Notes: generated by a model from the letters alone, not told the origin. DNA of 64,000 nt from Anaeramoeba ignava BMAN (GCA_028826165.1 JAPDFW010000125.1:682001-746000), one strand, 5' to 3'. Shown: positions 1-11,464, counted from the first letter of the stretch. Numbers and translations: made by a program.

Positions 1-909
1 GAAATCAAATCATATTTATTTGAAAATGATGATAATATTCTTGATTTTTCTGTTGGATATATTCATACTTTGATTTTAACAACTAAAGGGAAATTAATTT
101 CATTTGGTGCTAATTATTTTGGTCAATTAGGAACTGGAGATACAAATTATCAATCAATTCCAATTAAAATTGAACTTCCTAAATTAAGATTTAATGAAAA
201 TATCTCTAATTATCATATTTATTGTGGAAATTCCAAATCATTTCTTTATTATTCTTCTCCTTCTTTTTCCAATCTTGAAGAAGATTTGATAAAATTATTT
301 AGAAGAAAAGAATTTTGTAATATCTCATTTAAAACCGAAAATGGAGAAATAATTGAAGCTCATAAATTAATATTAAAATATAGATTAAATCAAAATCAAA
401 ATGAAATTGAAAAACTTCAAGAAATTATTTCAAAAAAATCAATTAAAGAATCAAATCAAATATTTGAAATGATTTATTCAAACAATTCCAAAATAAATCA
501 AAAATTATATTCTGAAATTAAAGAAATTATAAATTCAAATGAAAAAATTGAAGAAACAATGAAAAGAATTTATTTAAATGAAAATGAAAATGAAAAAGAT
601 TTTATAATTGAAAGAAAAGAAAAACAATATAAATTTCCAAAATTAATATTAATAATGAGAAGTGAATTATATCGAGGAATGTTTTTATCTGTAACTGAAG
701 ATACTTCTAATAAAGTTACAGATTATAGTGAATTAAGTAATAAATCATTTCAAATATTTGAATATTGGATTTATTCAAATCAAATTAAAGAAGGAATTCA
801 AATTACACAAGAAATAATTGATGAAATTCAAATTGGAATTGATTATTTTCAATTAAATCAAACAAATCCAAATTTATTTGATTTATTAATTAACAAATTT
901 AATAATTAA
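1..909 (+). CDS. R1: RCC1-repeat + tandem BTB protein, 5'-truncated by window edge
   Basis: Frame open from base 1 (EIKSYLFENDDNILDFSVG...); last RCC1 blade FGANYFGQLG; BTB motifs FCNISF..AHKLIL and KDFII..KLILIMRSELYRGMF; ends LINKFNN*. Confidence 0.9.
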   Translation, partial: EIKSYLFENDDNILDFSVGYIHTLILTTKGKLISFGANYFGQLGTGDTNYQSIPIKIELPKLRFNENISNYHIYCGNSKSFLYYSSPSFSNLEEDLIKLFRRKEFCNISFKTENGEIIEAHKLILKYRLNQNQNEIEKLQEIISKKSIKESNQIFEMIYSNNSKINQKLYSEIKEIINSNEKIEETMKRIYLNENENEKDFIIERKEKQYKFPKLILIMRSELYRGMFLSVTEDTSNKVTDYSELSNKSFQIFEYWIYSNQIKEGIQITQEIIDEIQIGIDYFQLNQTNPNLFDLLINKFNN

Positions 910-1050
910 AATTAAAATTAAAATTAAAATTAAAATTAAAATTAAAATTAAAATTAAAATTCCAAAATTAAAATTAAAATTCCAAAATTCAAATTAAAAT
1001 TAAAATTAAAATTAAATTTAAAATTAAAATTAAAATTCCAAAATTAAAAT
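905..1050 (+). repeat. (TAAAAT)n hexamer satellite spacer
   Basis: Direct inspection; begins at the R1 stop codon. Confidence 0.9.
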
Positions 1051-1128
1051 TCAGAAGCACTAAAATCAAAAACCAAAAAGAAAAAAATTATTTTTTTTTT
1101 CATTTTTTTCATTTTTTTCTTTTCAAAA

Positions 1129-2955
1129 ATGAATGATTGTTTATTTTTTGGTGAAAATGAATATCCAAAACTTTTCAAGAATAAACCAAATTCAATAATA
1201 AAACCAATTCAATTTAAATTTGAAAATGAAAATGAAAATGAAAATGAAAATGAAAATGAAAATGAAAATGAAAATGAAAATGAAAATGAAAATGAAAATG
1301 AAAAGCAAATTAAACAAATTTCAACAAGTTATTTTTCAACAATTTTCCTTTTCAAAAATGGAAAAGCAATAGAATATTTAAGAGAAAATGATTCAAATCA
1401 AAATCCTAAAAAAATCCAAATTGAAGAAAATATTCAAAAAGTAACTGTTGGTGTTCGAAATGAAGCTATTTTAACAAAAGAAGGAAATGTATTTGCCAAA
1501 GGAAAAGATATTAATACAAAAAATCCAGATGAATTTATCAATATTTCATCATTAATTGAAGATACAAATGATAGAATAATTCAAGATATTGTTTCTGGAG
1601 CCAACTCAATTTATTTATTAACTTCAAATCAAAATGCTTACGGAATTGGTTCAAATAGTTTGTACCAACTTGGTTTAGATTCTAACACACTTGAAAAAAC
1701 AGAAAAACCAATTTTAATGATGAAAAATGTTTCTAAAATATTTTCAGGAAATTGTTCAAATCATGTTTTTCTTTTAAATTCAAATCAAGAATTATTTGGA
1801 TGTGGTTGGAATGAATATGGTAAAATTGCATTAGGAGAATCAAAAAAAGATGAAATCATCCAAAAATTAACCAAAATCCAAAATATTCCAAAAGGCAAAA
1901 TAATTGATATTCAATGTGGATATTCTCATTCAATAATGTTGATTGAAAATGAAAATGAAAATGAAAATCCAAAAAGAAAACTTTATTCATGTGGAGATAA
2001 TGAATATAATGGGTTTGGCAAAGATACTTATGAATTTACAGAAATCAAATCATCTTTATTTGAAAATGATGATAATATTCTTGATTTTTCTGTTGGATTT
2101 GATTATACTTTGATTTTAACATCTAATTCAAAATTAATAGGATTTGGTGCTAATTATTTTGGTCAATTAGGAACTGGAGATACAAATTATCAATCAATTC
2201 CAATTAAAATTGAACTTCCTAAATTAAGATTTAATGAAGAAATCTCTAATTATCATATTTATTGTGGAAATTCCAAATCATTTCTTTATTATTCTTCTCC
2301 TTCTTTTTCCAATCTTGAAGAAGATTTGATAAAATTATTTAGAAGAAAAGAATTTTGTAATATCTCATTTAAAACCGAAAATGGAGAAATAATTGAAGCT
2401 CATAAATTAATATTAAAATATAGATTAAATCAAAATCAAAATGAAATTGAAAAACTTCAAGAAATTATTTCAAAAAAATCAATTAAAGAATCAAATCAAA
2501 TATTTGAAATGATTTATTCAAACAATTCCAAAATAAATCAAAAATTATATTCTGAAATTAAAGAAATTATAAATTCAAATGAAAAACTTGAAGAAACAAT
2601 GAAAAGAATTTATTTAAATGAAAATGAAAATGAAAAAGATTTTATAATTGAAAGAAAAGAAAAACAATATAAATTTCCAAAATTAATATTAATAATGAGA
2701 AGTGAATTATATCGAGGAATGTTTTTATCTGTAAATGAAGATAAATCTAATAAAGTTACAGATTATAGTGAATTAAGTAATAAATCATTTCAAATATTTG
2801 AATATTGGATTTATTCAAATCAAATTAAAGAAGGAATTCAAATTACACAAGAAATAATTGAAGAAATTCAAATTGGAATTGATTATTTTCAATTAAATCA
2901 AACAAATCCAAATTTATTTGATTTATTAATTAACAAATTTAATAATCAAAATTAA
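1129..2955 (+). CDS. R2: RCC1-repeat + tandem BTB protein (608 aa), non-CaaX end
   Basis: RCC1 blade motifs (GSN..QLG, GCGWN..G, IQCG..HS, FSVG..TLIL, FGAN..GQLG); two BTB-like units; long (EN)n tract; ends FNNQN*. Confidence 0.92.
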   Translation: MNDCLFFGENEYPKLFKNKPNSIIKPIQFKFENENENENENENENENENENENENENEKQIKQISTSYFSTIFLFKNGKAIEYLRENDSNQNPKKIQIEENIQKVTVGVRNEAILTKEGNVFAKGKDINTKNPDEFINISSLIEDTNDRIIQDIVSGANSIYLLTSNQNAYGIGSNSLYQLGLDSNTLEKTEKPILMMKNVSKIFSGNCSNHVFLLNSNQELFGCGWNEYGKIALGESKKDEIIQKLTKIQNIPKGKIIDIQCGYSHSIMLIENENENENPKRKLYSCGDNEYNGFGKDTYEFTEIKSSLFENDDNILDFSVGFDYTLILTSNSKLIGFGANYFGQLGTGDTNYQSIPIKIELPKLRFNEEISNYHIYCGNSKSFLYYSSPSFSNLEEDLIKLFRRKEFCNISFKTENGEIIEAHKLILKYRLNQNQNEIEKLQEIISKKSIKESNQIFEMIYSNNSKINQKLYSEIKEIINSNEKLEETMKRIYLNENENEKDFIIERKEKQYKFPKLILIMRSELYRGMFLSVNEDKSNKVTDYSELSNKSFQIFEYWIYSNQIKEGIQITQEIIEEIQIGIDYFQLNQTNPNLFDLLINKFNNQN

Positions 2956-3235
2956 AATTAAAATTAAAATCAAAATTAAAATTAAAATCAAAATTAAAAT
3001 TAAAATTAAAATCAAAATTAAATTTAAAATTAAAATAAAAATTAAAATTAAAATTAAAATTAAAAATTAAAATTAAAATTAAAAATAAAATTAAAAATCA
3101 AAATTAAAATTAAAATTAAAATTAAAATTAATAATCAAAATTAAAATTAAAATTAAAATTAAAATTAAAATTAAAAATTAAATTTAAAATCAAAATTAAA
3201 ATTCATTTATGAAATTAAAATTCCAAAATTAAAAT
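2950..3235 (+). repeat. (TAAAAT/CAAAAT)n satellite spacer
   Basis: Direct inspection. Confidence 0.9.
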
Positions 3236-3323
3236 TCAGAAGCACTAAAATCAAAATCCAAAAAGAAAAAAATTATTTTTTTTTTCATTTTTTTTTTTCA
3301 TTTTTTAATTAAAAAAAAAGAAT

Positions 3324-5222
3324 ATGAATGAAATTTTATTTTTTGGTTCAAATCAATATCCAAAAATTTTCCAAAATGAAGAAGATAGAATAATAAAACC
3401 AACTCAATTCCAATTTTCAAATGAAATTGGAAATAAATATAAAATTAAACAAATTTCAACAAGTTATTTTTCAACAATTTTCCTTTTTGAAAATGGAATA
3501 GCAATAGAATATTTCAATGACGAATACAATCCAAATCAAAATGCTTCAATAATTGAAATTGAAAATATCCAAAAAGTAACTGTTGGTTTTGAGAATGAAG
3601 CTATTTTAACAATAGAAGGAAATGTATTTGCCAAAGGAGAAGATATTACTTCAAGAAATTCAAGACAATTTATCAATATTTCATCATTAATTGAAGATAC
3701 AAATGATAGAATAATTCAAGATATTGCTTCTGGATACAATTCAATTTACTTATTAACTTCAAATCAAAAAGTTTATGGAATTGGTTCAAATGGAAATGGT
3801 CAACTTGGTTTTGATTCTAAAACACTTGAAAAAACAGAAAAACCAATTTTAATGATGGAAAATGTTTCTAAAATATTTTCAGGAATTTCTTCAAGTTCTG
3901 TTTTTCTTTTAAATTCAAATCAAGAATTATTTTCATGTGGATTCAATTTTCATGGTCAACTTGGGTTAGGAAAAACAAGAAAACAAGCGAAAATCTATAA
4001 ATTATCAAAAGTTCTAAATATTCCAAAAGGCAAAATAATTGATATTCAATGTGGTGTTAATCATTCAATAATGTTGATTGAAAATGAAAATGAAAATGAA
4101 AGCCCAAAAAGAAAACTTTATTCATGTGGAAATTATCAATATAATGGACTTGGGAGATCTGAACAATATGTTTATGATTTTACAGAAATCAAATCATCTT
4201 TATTTGAAAATGATAATATTCTTGATTTTTCTGTTGGAACTGATCATACTTTGATTTTAACATTCAAGAATAAATTAATAGGATTTGGAAATAATTCTTC
4301 TGGTCAATTAGCAACTGAAAATACCATAAATGATCAATTAATTCCATTTCAAATTGAATTTCCTAAATTAAGATTTAATGAAGAAATCTCTAATTATCAT
4401 ATTTCTTGTGGTGCTTCAAAATCATTTCTTTATTATTCTCCTTTTTTTTCTGCTTTTTCCAATCTTGAAGAAGATTTGATAAAATTATTTAGAAGAAAAG
4501 AATTTTGCAATATTTCATTTAAAACAGAAAATGGAGAAATAATTGAAGCTCATAAATTAATATTGAAATATAGATTAAAACCAAATCAAATTAATCAACT
4601 TGAAGAAATTCTTTTACAAAAATCAATTAAAGAATCAAATCAAATATTTGAAATGATTTATTCAAACAGATCCAAAATAAATCCAAAATTATACTTAGAT
4701 ATTAAAGAAATTATTAATTCAAATGAAAAACTTGAAGAAACAATGAAAAGAATTTATTTAAATGAAAATGAAAAAGATTTTATAATTGAAAGAAAAGGAA
4801 AACAAATTAAATTTCCAAAATTAATATTAATAATGAGAAGTGAATTATATCGAGGAATGTTTTTATCTGTAAATGAAGATACTTCTAATCAAGTTACAGA
4901 TTCAAGTGGAATAAGTAATAAATCATTTCAAATATTTGAATATTGGATTTATTCAAATCAAATCAAAAAAGGAATTCAAATTACACAAGAAATTATAGGT
5001 GATATTGAAGGAGGAATTGATTATTTTCAATTAAATCAAACAAATCCAAATCTATTTGATTTATTAATGAAGGAATATAACATCCAAGAAAAAGAAAAAG
5101 AAAAAGAAAAAGAAAAAGAAAAAGAAAAAGAAAAAGAGCAAAATCAAAATCAAAATGAAAAAAGGAAAGAAAAAAAGAAAAAAAAAGAAAAAGAAAAAGG
5201 AAAGAAATGCTTTATTTTTTAA
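3324..5222 (+). CDS. R3: RCC1 + tandem BTB protein with (EK)n/polybasic tail and CaaX (CFIF)
   Basis: Same architecture as R2; C-terminus KEKKKKKEKEKGKKCFIF*. Confidence 0.92.
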   Translation: MNEILFFGSNQYPKIFQNEEDRIIKPTQFQFSNEIGNKYKIKQISTSYFSTIFLFENGIAIEYFNDEYNPNQNASIIEIENIQKVTVGFENEAILTIEGNVFAKGEDITSRNSRQFINISSLIEDTNDRIIQDIASGYNSIYLLTSNQKVYGIGSNGNGQLGFDSKTLEKTEKPILMMENVSKIFSGISSSSVFLLNSNQELFSCGFNFHGQLGLGKTRKQAKIYKLSKVLNIPKGKIIDIQCGVNHSIMLIENENENESPKRKLYSCGNYQYNGLGRSEQYVYDFTEIKSSLFENDNILDFSVGTDHTLILTFKNKLIGFGNNSSGQLATENTINDQLIPFQIEFPKLRFNEEISNYHISCGASKSFLYYSPFFSAFSNLEEDLIKLFRRKEFCNISFKTENGEIIEAHKLILKYRLKPNQINQLEEILLQKSIKESNQIFEMIYSNRSKINPKLYLDIKEIINSNEKLEETMKRIYLNENEKDFIIERKGKQIKFPKLILIMRSELYRGMFLSVNEDTSNQVTDSSGISNKSFQIFEYWIYSNQIKKGIQITQEIIGDIEGGIDYFQLNQTNPNLFDLLMKEYNIQEKEKEKEKEKEKEKEKEQNQNQNEKRKEKKKKKEKEKGKKCFIF

Positions 5223-5305
5223 ATTTAAATTTAATTGAAAAATTTGAGTTTCCAAAAATCATTTTTTCATTTTTTTTTTTCATTTTTTAATTAAAAAAAA
5301 AGAAT

Positions 5306-7150
5306 ATGAATGAAATTTTATTTTTTGGTCAAAATTCAAATCCACAACTTTTCAAAAATGAATACTTTGACATAAAAAAACCAACACAATTCCAATTTGA
5401 AAAAGAAAATGAAGATGAAAATGAAAAAAAAATTAAACAAATTTCATCAGGAAATTTTGGAACAATTTTCCTTTTTGAAAATGGAACAGCATTTGAATAT
5501 TATTCAAGATATTACGGTTCAAATCCAAAACAAAAAATTGAAATTGGAAATATACAAAAAGCATCTGTTGGCTATCAAAATCAAGCTGTGTTGACAAAAG
5601 AAGGAAATGTATTTGCCAAAGGAAAAGATATTAATCAAAATAATCCAAATCAATTTATCAATATTTCATCATTAATTGAAGATCCAAATGATAGAATAAT
5701 TGAAGATGTTGTTTGTGCAAATCGTGCAATTTACTTATTAACTTCAAATCAAAAAGTTTATGGATTTGGTTCAAATGATTTGGGTCAACTTAGTTTTGAT
5801 TATGAAACAAATGAAAAAACAGAAAAACCAAATTTAATGATGAAAGGAATTTCTAAAATATTTTCAGGAAATTATTCAAATCATGTTTTTCTTTTAAATT
5901 CAAATCAAGAATTATTTTCATGTGGATTCAATTATTATGGTCAACTTGGATTAGGAAAATCAAAAAAAGAAACACAAATCGATAAATTATCACAAGTTCA
6001 AAATATTCCAAAAGGCAAAATAATTGATATTCAATGTGGTGTTTCTTTTTCAGTAATGATGATTGAAAATGAAAATGAAAATCCAAAAAGAAAACTTTAT
6101 TCATGTGGAAATGCGGAATATAATGGACTGGGCATAAAGAAAGAAACTTATGAATTTACTGAAATCAAATGTCCTTTATTTGAAAATGATCATATTCTTG
6201 AATTTTCTGTTGGAAGTAACCACACTTTGATTTTAACTTCCAAAGGAAAATTGATATTATTTGGAAATAATGCTAATGGTCAATTAGGAGTTAGTGATGA
6301 AAAAACTCAAAAGATTCCAATTCAAATTGAACTTCCTAAATTGATATTTGACAAAGAAATCTCTAATTACCATATTTATTGCGGATATGACAATTCATTT
6401 CTTTATTATTCTCCTTTTTTTTCTGCTTTTTCCAATCTTGAAGAAGATTTGATAAAATTATTTAGAAGAAAAGAATTTTGCAATATTTCATTTAAAACAG
6501 AAAATGGAGAAATAATTGAAGCTCATAAATTAATATTGAAATATAGATTAAAACCAAATCAAATTAATCAACTTGAAGAAATTCTTTTACAAAAATCAAT
6601 TAAAGAATCAAATCAAATATTTGAGATGATTTATTCAAGCAGATCAAAGATAAATCCAAAATTATACTTAGATATTAAAGAAATTATAAATTCAAATGAA
6701 AAAATTGAAGAAACAATGAAAAGAATTTGTTACAATGAAAATGAAAATGAAAATGAAAAAGATTTTATAATTGAAAGAAACGGAAAACAAATTAAATTCC
6801 CAAAATTAATATTAATAATGAGAAGTGAATTGTATCGAGGAATGTTTTTATCTGTAAATGGAGATAAATCTAATCAAGTTACAGATTCAAGTGGAATAAG
6901 TGATGAAGCATTTGAAATATTAGAATATTGGATTTATTCAAATCAAATCAAAAAAGGAATTCAAATCACACAACAAATAATAGGTGATATTGAAAGAGGA
7001 ATTGATTATTTTCAATTAAATCAAACAAATCCAAATCTATTTGATTTATTAACGAAGGAATATAACATCCAAGAAAAAGAAAAAGAAAAGGAGAAAGAAA
7101 TTCCGATCGAACAAAAAAAAGAAAAAAAAAAGAAATGTTCAATTTTTTAA
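5306..7150 (+). CDS. R4: RCC1 + tandem BTB protein with CaaX (CSIF)
   Basis: Same architecture; BTB half closest to R3; ends KKEKKKKCSIF*. Confidence 0.92.
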   Translation: MNEILFFGQNSNPQLFKNEYFDIKKPTQFQFEKENEDENEKKIKQISSGNFGTIFLFENGTAFEYYSRYYGSNPKQKIEIGNIQKASVGYQNQAVLTKEGNVFAKGKDINQNNPNQFINISSLIEDPNDRIIEDVVCANRAIYLLTSNQKVYGFGSNDLGQLSFDYETNEKTEKPNLMMKGISKIFSGNYSNHVFLLNSNQELFSCGFNYYGQLGLGKSKKETQIDKLSQVQNIPKGKIIDIQCGVSFSVMMIENENENPKRKLYSCGNAEYNGLGIKKETYEFTEIKCPLFENDHILEFSVGSNHTLILTSKGKLILFGNNANGQLGVSDEKTQKIPIQIELPKLIFDKEISNYHIYCGYDNSFLYYSPFFSAFSNLEEDLIKLFRRKEFCNISFKTENGEIIEAHKLILKYRLKPNQINQLEEILLQKSIKESNQIFEMIYSSRSKINPKLYLDIKEIINSNEKIEETMKRICYNENENENEKDFIIERNGKQIKFPKLILIMRSELYRGMFLSVNGDKSNQVTDSSGISDEAFEILEYWIYSNQIKKGIQITQQIIGDIERGIDYFQLNQTNPNLFDLLTKEYNIQEKEKEKEKEIPIEQKKEKKKKCSIF

Positions 7151-7201
7151 TTTTCTCAAATTTATTTTTTTATTTTCATTTTTTTTCATTTTTAATAATT
7201 A

Positions 7202-9124
7202 ATGAATCCCAATCAAAATTTCATTTTATTTTTTGGTCAAAATGAATACCAAAAACTTTTAAAAAATGAATTAGAAGAAATAACAAAACCAATTCAATTT
7301 AAATTTGAAAATGAAAATGAAAATGAAAATGAAAAACAAATTAAAAAAGTTTCATCAAGTCAAAATTCAATAAATATTCTTTTTGAAAATGGAAAAGCAA
7401 TAGAATATTTAACTGAAAATGATTTAAATCAAAATCCTGAAAAAATCCAAATTGAAAATATTCAAAAACTTGTTAGTGGCCGAAGTATCAAAGCTATTTT
7501 AAAATCAGAAGGAAATGTATTAGCCAAAGGATACGATATTAATTCAAATAATCCAAATCAATTTATCAATATTTCATCACTAATTGAAGATACAAATGAT
7601 AGAATAATTCAAGATATTGTTTCTGGAGCTGATTCAATTTATTTATTAACTTCAAATCATAATGCTTATGGAATTGGTTTAAATGAAGATGGTCAACTTG
7701 GTTTTGATTCTAAAAGATCAGGGGAAAAAAAACCAATTTTAATGATGAAAAATGTTTCTAAGATATTTTCAGGAAGTTATTCAAAATCTGTTTTTATTTT
7801 AAATTCAAATCAAGAATTATTTGGATCAGGAAATAATTTTTCAGGAAAGCTTGGATTAGGAGAATCAAGAAAAAAAGAAACACAAATCAAAAAATTAACC
7901 AAAATCCAAAATATTCCAAAAGGCAAAATAATTGATATTCAATCTGGAGGTTTTCATTCAATAATGCTGATTGAAAAAGAAGATCAAAATCAAAATCCAA
8001 AAAGAAAACTTTATTCATGTGGGCATTCTAATTATAATGGCAAAGATGAAACTACTTGTGAATTTACTGAAATCAAATCATCTTTATTTGAAAATGATGA
8101 TAATATTCTTGATTTTTCTGTTGGATATTTTCATGTATTAATAATAACTTCCAAACCAAAATTAATTGGATTTGGAAGTAATTTTTATGGCCAATTAGGT
8201 CCTAAAGATACACCAACAGTTTTCAAAAAAACTCCAACTTTAATTGAACTTCCTGAATTAAGATTTAATGAAGATATTTTCAATTATCATGTTCTTTGTG
8301 GATATCAAAATTCATTTCTTTATTATTCTCCTCCTCTTTTTTCCAATCTTGAAGAAGATTTGATAAAATTATTTGGAAGAAAAGAATTTTGTGATATTTC
8401 ATTTAAAACCGAAAATGGAGAAATAATTGAAGCTCATAAATTAATATTGAAATATAGATTAAATCAAAATCAAAATCAAATTGAAAAACTTCAAGAAATT
8501 ATTTCAACAAAATCAATTAAAGAATCAAATCAAATATTTGAAATGATTTATTCAAACAATTCTAAAATAAATTCAAAATTATATTCTGAAATTAAAGAAA
8601 TTATAAATTCAAATGAAAAAATTGAAGAAACAATTAAAAGAATTTATTTAAATGAAAATGAAAATGAAAAAGATTTTATAATTGAAAGAAAAGAAAAACA
8701 ATATAAATTTCCAAAATTAATATTAATAATGAGAAGTGAATTATATCGAGGAATGTTTTTATCTGTAACAGAAGATAAATCAAATAAAGTTACAGATTAT
8801 AGTGAATTAAGTAATAAATCATTTCAAATATTTGAATATTGGATTTATTCAAATCAAATTAAAGAAGGAATTCAAATTACAAACGATATAATTGAGGAAA
8901 TTGAAATTGGAATTGATTATTTTCAATTAAATCAAACAAATCCAAATTTATTTGATTTATTAATTAGGAAATTTACTAAAGAAGGAAAGAAATTAAGAAG
9001 AAAGAAATATGAAGAAAGAAAATTAGAGAAAGAAAAAGAGAAAGAGAAAGAGAAAGAGAAAGAAAAAGAGAAAGAAAAAGAGAAAGAAAAAGAGAAGAAG
9101 AAAGAAAAATGTTTAATTTTTTAA
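7202..9124 (+). CDS. R5: RCC1 + tandem BTB protein with CaaX (CLIF)
   Basis: Same architecture; ends EKEKKKEKCLIF*. Confidence 0.92.
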   Translation: MNPNQNFILFFGQNEYQKLLKNELEEITKPIQFKFENENENENEKQIKKVSSSQNSINILFENGKAIEYLTENDLNQNPEKIQIENIQKLVSGRSIKAILKSEGNVLAKGYDINSNNPNQFINISSLIEDTNDRIIQDIVSGADSIYLLTSNHNAYGIGLNEDGQLGFDSKRSGEKKPILMMKNVSKIFSGSYSKSVFILNSNQELFGSGNNFSGKLGLGESRKKETQIKKLTKIQNIPKGKIIDIQSGGFHSIMLIEKEDQNQNPKRKLYSCGHSNYNGKDETTCEFTEIKSSLFENDDNILDFSVGYFHVLIITSKPKLIGFGSNFYGQLGPKDTPTVFKKTPTLIELPELRFNEDIFNYHVLCGYQNSFLYYSPPLFSNLEEDLIKLFGRKEFCDISFKTENGEIIEAHKLILKYRLNQNQNQIEKLQEIISTKSIKESNQIFEMIYSNNSKINSKLYSEIKEIINSNEKIEETIKRIYLNENENEKDFIIERKEKQYKFPKLILIMRSELYRGMFLSVTEDKSNKVTDYSELSNKSFQIFEYWIYSNQIKEGIQITNDIIEEIEIGIDYFQLNQTNPNLFDLLIRKFTKEGKKLRRKKYEERKLEKEKEKEKEKEKEKEKEKEKEKEKKKEKCLIF

Positions 9125-9163
9125 TTTTTTAAATTATTTTTTTCATTTTTTTCTTTTCAAAAA

Positions 9164-10918
9164 ATGAATGAAATTTTATTTTTTGGTTTTAATTATGAAT
9201 CAAAACTTTTTAAAAATGAATCAAATAAAATAACAAAACCAATTCAATTTAAATTTGAAAATGAAAATGAAAAACAAATTAAACAAATTGTTTCAGGAAA
9301 TTTTTCAACAATTTTCCTTTTTAAAAATGGAAAAGCAATAGAATATTTAAGAGAAAATAATTCAAATCAAAATCCTAAAAGAATCCAAATTGAAGAAAAT
9401 ATTCAAAAAGTAACTGTTGGTTCTCGAAATGAAGCTATTTTAACAATAGAAGGAAATGTATTTGCAAAAGGAAAAGATATTAATTCAAATAATCCAAAAG
9501 AATTTATCAATATTTCATCATTAATTGAAGATACAAATGATAGAACAATTCAAGATATTGTTTGCTCATATAATTCAATTTACTTATTAACTTCAAATCA
9601 AAATGCTTATGGAATTGGATCAAATAGTTTGTACCAACTTGGTTTTGATTCTAAAACACTTAATGAAACACAAAAACCAATTTTAATGATGAAAAATGTT
9701 TCTAAAATATTTTCAGGAAATTCTTCAACTCATGCTTTTCTTTTAAATTCAAATCAAGAATTATTTGGATGTGGATGGAATGAATATGGTAAAATTGCAT
9801 TAGGAGAATCAAGAAAAGATGAAATCATCCAAAAACTAACCCAAATCCAAAATATTCCAAAAGGTAAAATAATTGATATTCAATGTGGATTTACTCATTC
9901 AATAATGTTGATTGAAAATGAAAATGAAAATGAAAATCCAAAAAGAAAACTTTACTCATGTGGAGATTGGGAATATAACGGACTTGGTACAAATACTTAT
10001 GAATTTACTGAAATCAAATCATCTTTATTTGAAAATGATTATATTCTTGATTTTTCTGTTGGATTTGATTATACTTTGATTTTAACATCTAATTCAAAAT
10101 TAATAGGATTTGGAAATAATTCCTATGGCCAATTAGGAACTGGAGATATAAATAATCAATCAATTCCAATTCAAATTGAACTTCCTAAATTAAAATTTAA
10201 TGAAGAAATCTCTAATTATCATATTTCTTGTGGTGCTTCAAAATCATTTATTTATTATTCTCCTCTTTCTTTTTCCAATCTTGAAGAAGATTTGATAAAA
10301 TTATTTGAAAGAAAAGAATTTTGCAATATTTCATTTAAAACAGAAAATGGAGAAATAATTGAAGCTCATAAATTAATATTAAAATATAGATTAAATCAAA
10401 ATCAAAATCAAATTGAAAAACTTCAAGAAATTATTTCAACAAAATCAATTAAAGAATCAAATCAAATATTTGAAATGATTTATTCAAACAGAATTATAAA
10501 TCCAAAATTATATTCTGAAATTAAAGAAATTATAAATTCAAATGAAAAAATTGAAGAAACAATGAAAAGAATTTATTTAAATGAAAATGAAAAAGATTTT
10601 ATAATTGAAAGAAAAGAAAAACAATATAAATTCCCAAAATTAATATTAATAATGAGAAGTGAATTATATCGAGGAATGTTTTTATCTGTAACAGAAGATA
10701 AATCCAATAAAGTTACAGATTATAGTGAATTAAGTAATAAATCATTTCAAATATTTGAATATTGGATTTATTCAAATCAAATTAAAGATGAAATTCAAAT
10801 TACAAACGATATAATTGAAGAAATTGAAATTGGAATTGATTATTTTCAATTAAATCAAACAAATCCAAATTTATTTGATTTATTAATTAATAAATTTAAT
10901 AATCAAAATCAAAATTAA
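9164..10918 (+). CDS. R6: RCC1 + tandem BTB protein, non-CaaX
   Basis: Same architecture; ends FNNQNQN*. Confidence 0.92.
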   Translation: MNEILFFGFNYESKLFKNESNKITKPIQFKFENENEKQIKQIVSGNFSTIFLFKNGKAIEYLRENNSNQNPKRIQIEENIQKVTVGSRNEAILTIEGNVFAKGKDINSNNPKEFINISSLIEDTNDRTIQDIVCSYNSIYLLTSNQNAYGIGSNSLYQLGFDSKTLNETQKPILMMKNVSKIFSGNSSTHAFLLNSNQELFGCGWNEYGKIALGESRKDEIIQKLTQIQNIPKGKIIDIQCGFTHSIMLIENENENENPKRKLYSCGDWEYNGLGTNTYEFTEIKSSLFENDYILDFSVGFDYTLILTSNSKLIGFGNNSYGQLGTGDINNQSIPIQIELPKLKFNEEISNYHISCGASKSFIYYSPLSFSNLEEDLIKLFERKEFCNISFKTENGEIIEAHKLILKYRLNQNQNQIEKLQEIISTKSIKESNQIFEMIYSNRIINPKLYSEIKEIINSNEKIEETMKRIYLNENEKDFIIERKEKQYKFPKLILIMRSELYRGMFLSVTEDKSNKVTDYSELSNKSFQIFEYWIYSNQIKDEIQITNDIIEEIEIGIDYFQLNQTNPNLFDLLINKFNNQNQN

Positions 10919-11427
10919 AATTAAAATTAAAATCAAAATTAAAATCAAAATTAAAATTGAAATTAAAATTGAAATTAAAATTAAAATTAAAATTAAAATT
11001 AAAATCAAAATCAAAATCAAAATTAAAATCAAAATCAAAATTAAAATTAAAATCAAAATTAAAATTAAAATCAAAACCAAAATTAAAATTAAAATTAAAA
11101 TTAAAATTAAAATTAAAATTAAAATCAAAAATCAAAATTAAAATCAAAATTAAAATTAAAATTAAAATCAAAATTAAAATTAAAATTAAAATCAAAATTA
11201 AAATTAAAATTAAAATTAAAATTAAAATTAAAATTAAAATCAAAATCATAATTAAAATTAAAATTCATTTATGAAATTAAAATTAAAATTAAAATTAAAA
11301 TTAAAATCAAAATTAAAATTAAAATTAAAATTAAAATTAAAATCAAAATTAAAATTAAAATTAAAATCAAAATTAAAATTAAAATCAAAATTAAATTTAA
11401 AATTAAAATTAAAATTAAAATTAAAAT
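10915..11427 (+). repeat. (TAAAAT/CAAAAT)n satellite spacer
   Basis: Direct inspection; source of spurious poly-KL/IL/FN ORFs. Confidence 0.9.
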
Positions 11428-11464
11428 TCCAAAATCATTTTTTTCATTTTTTTTCATTTCAAAA

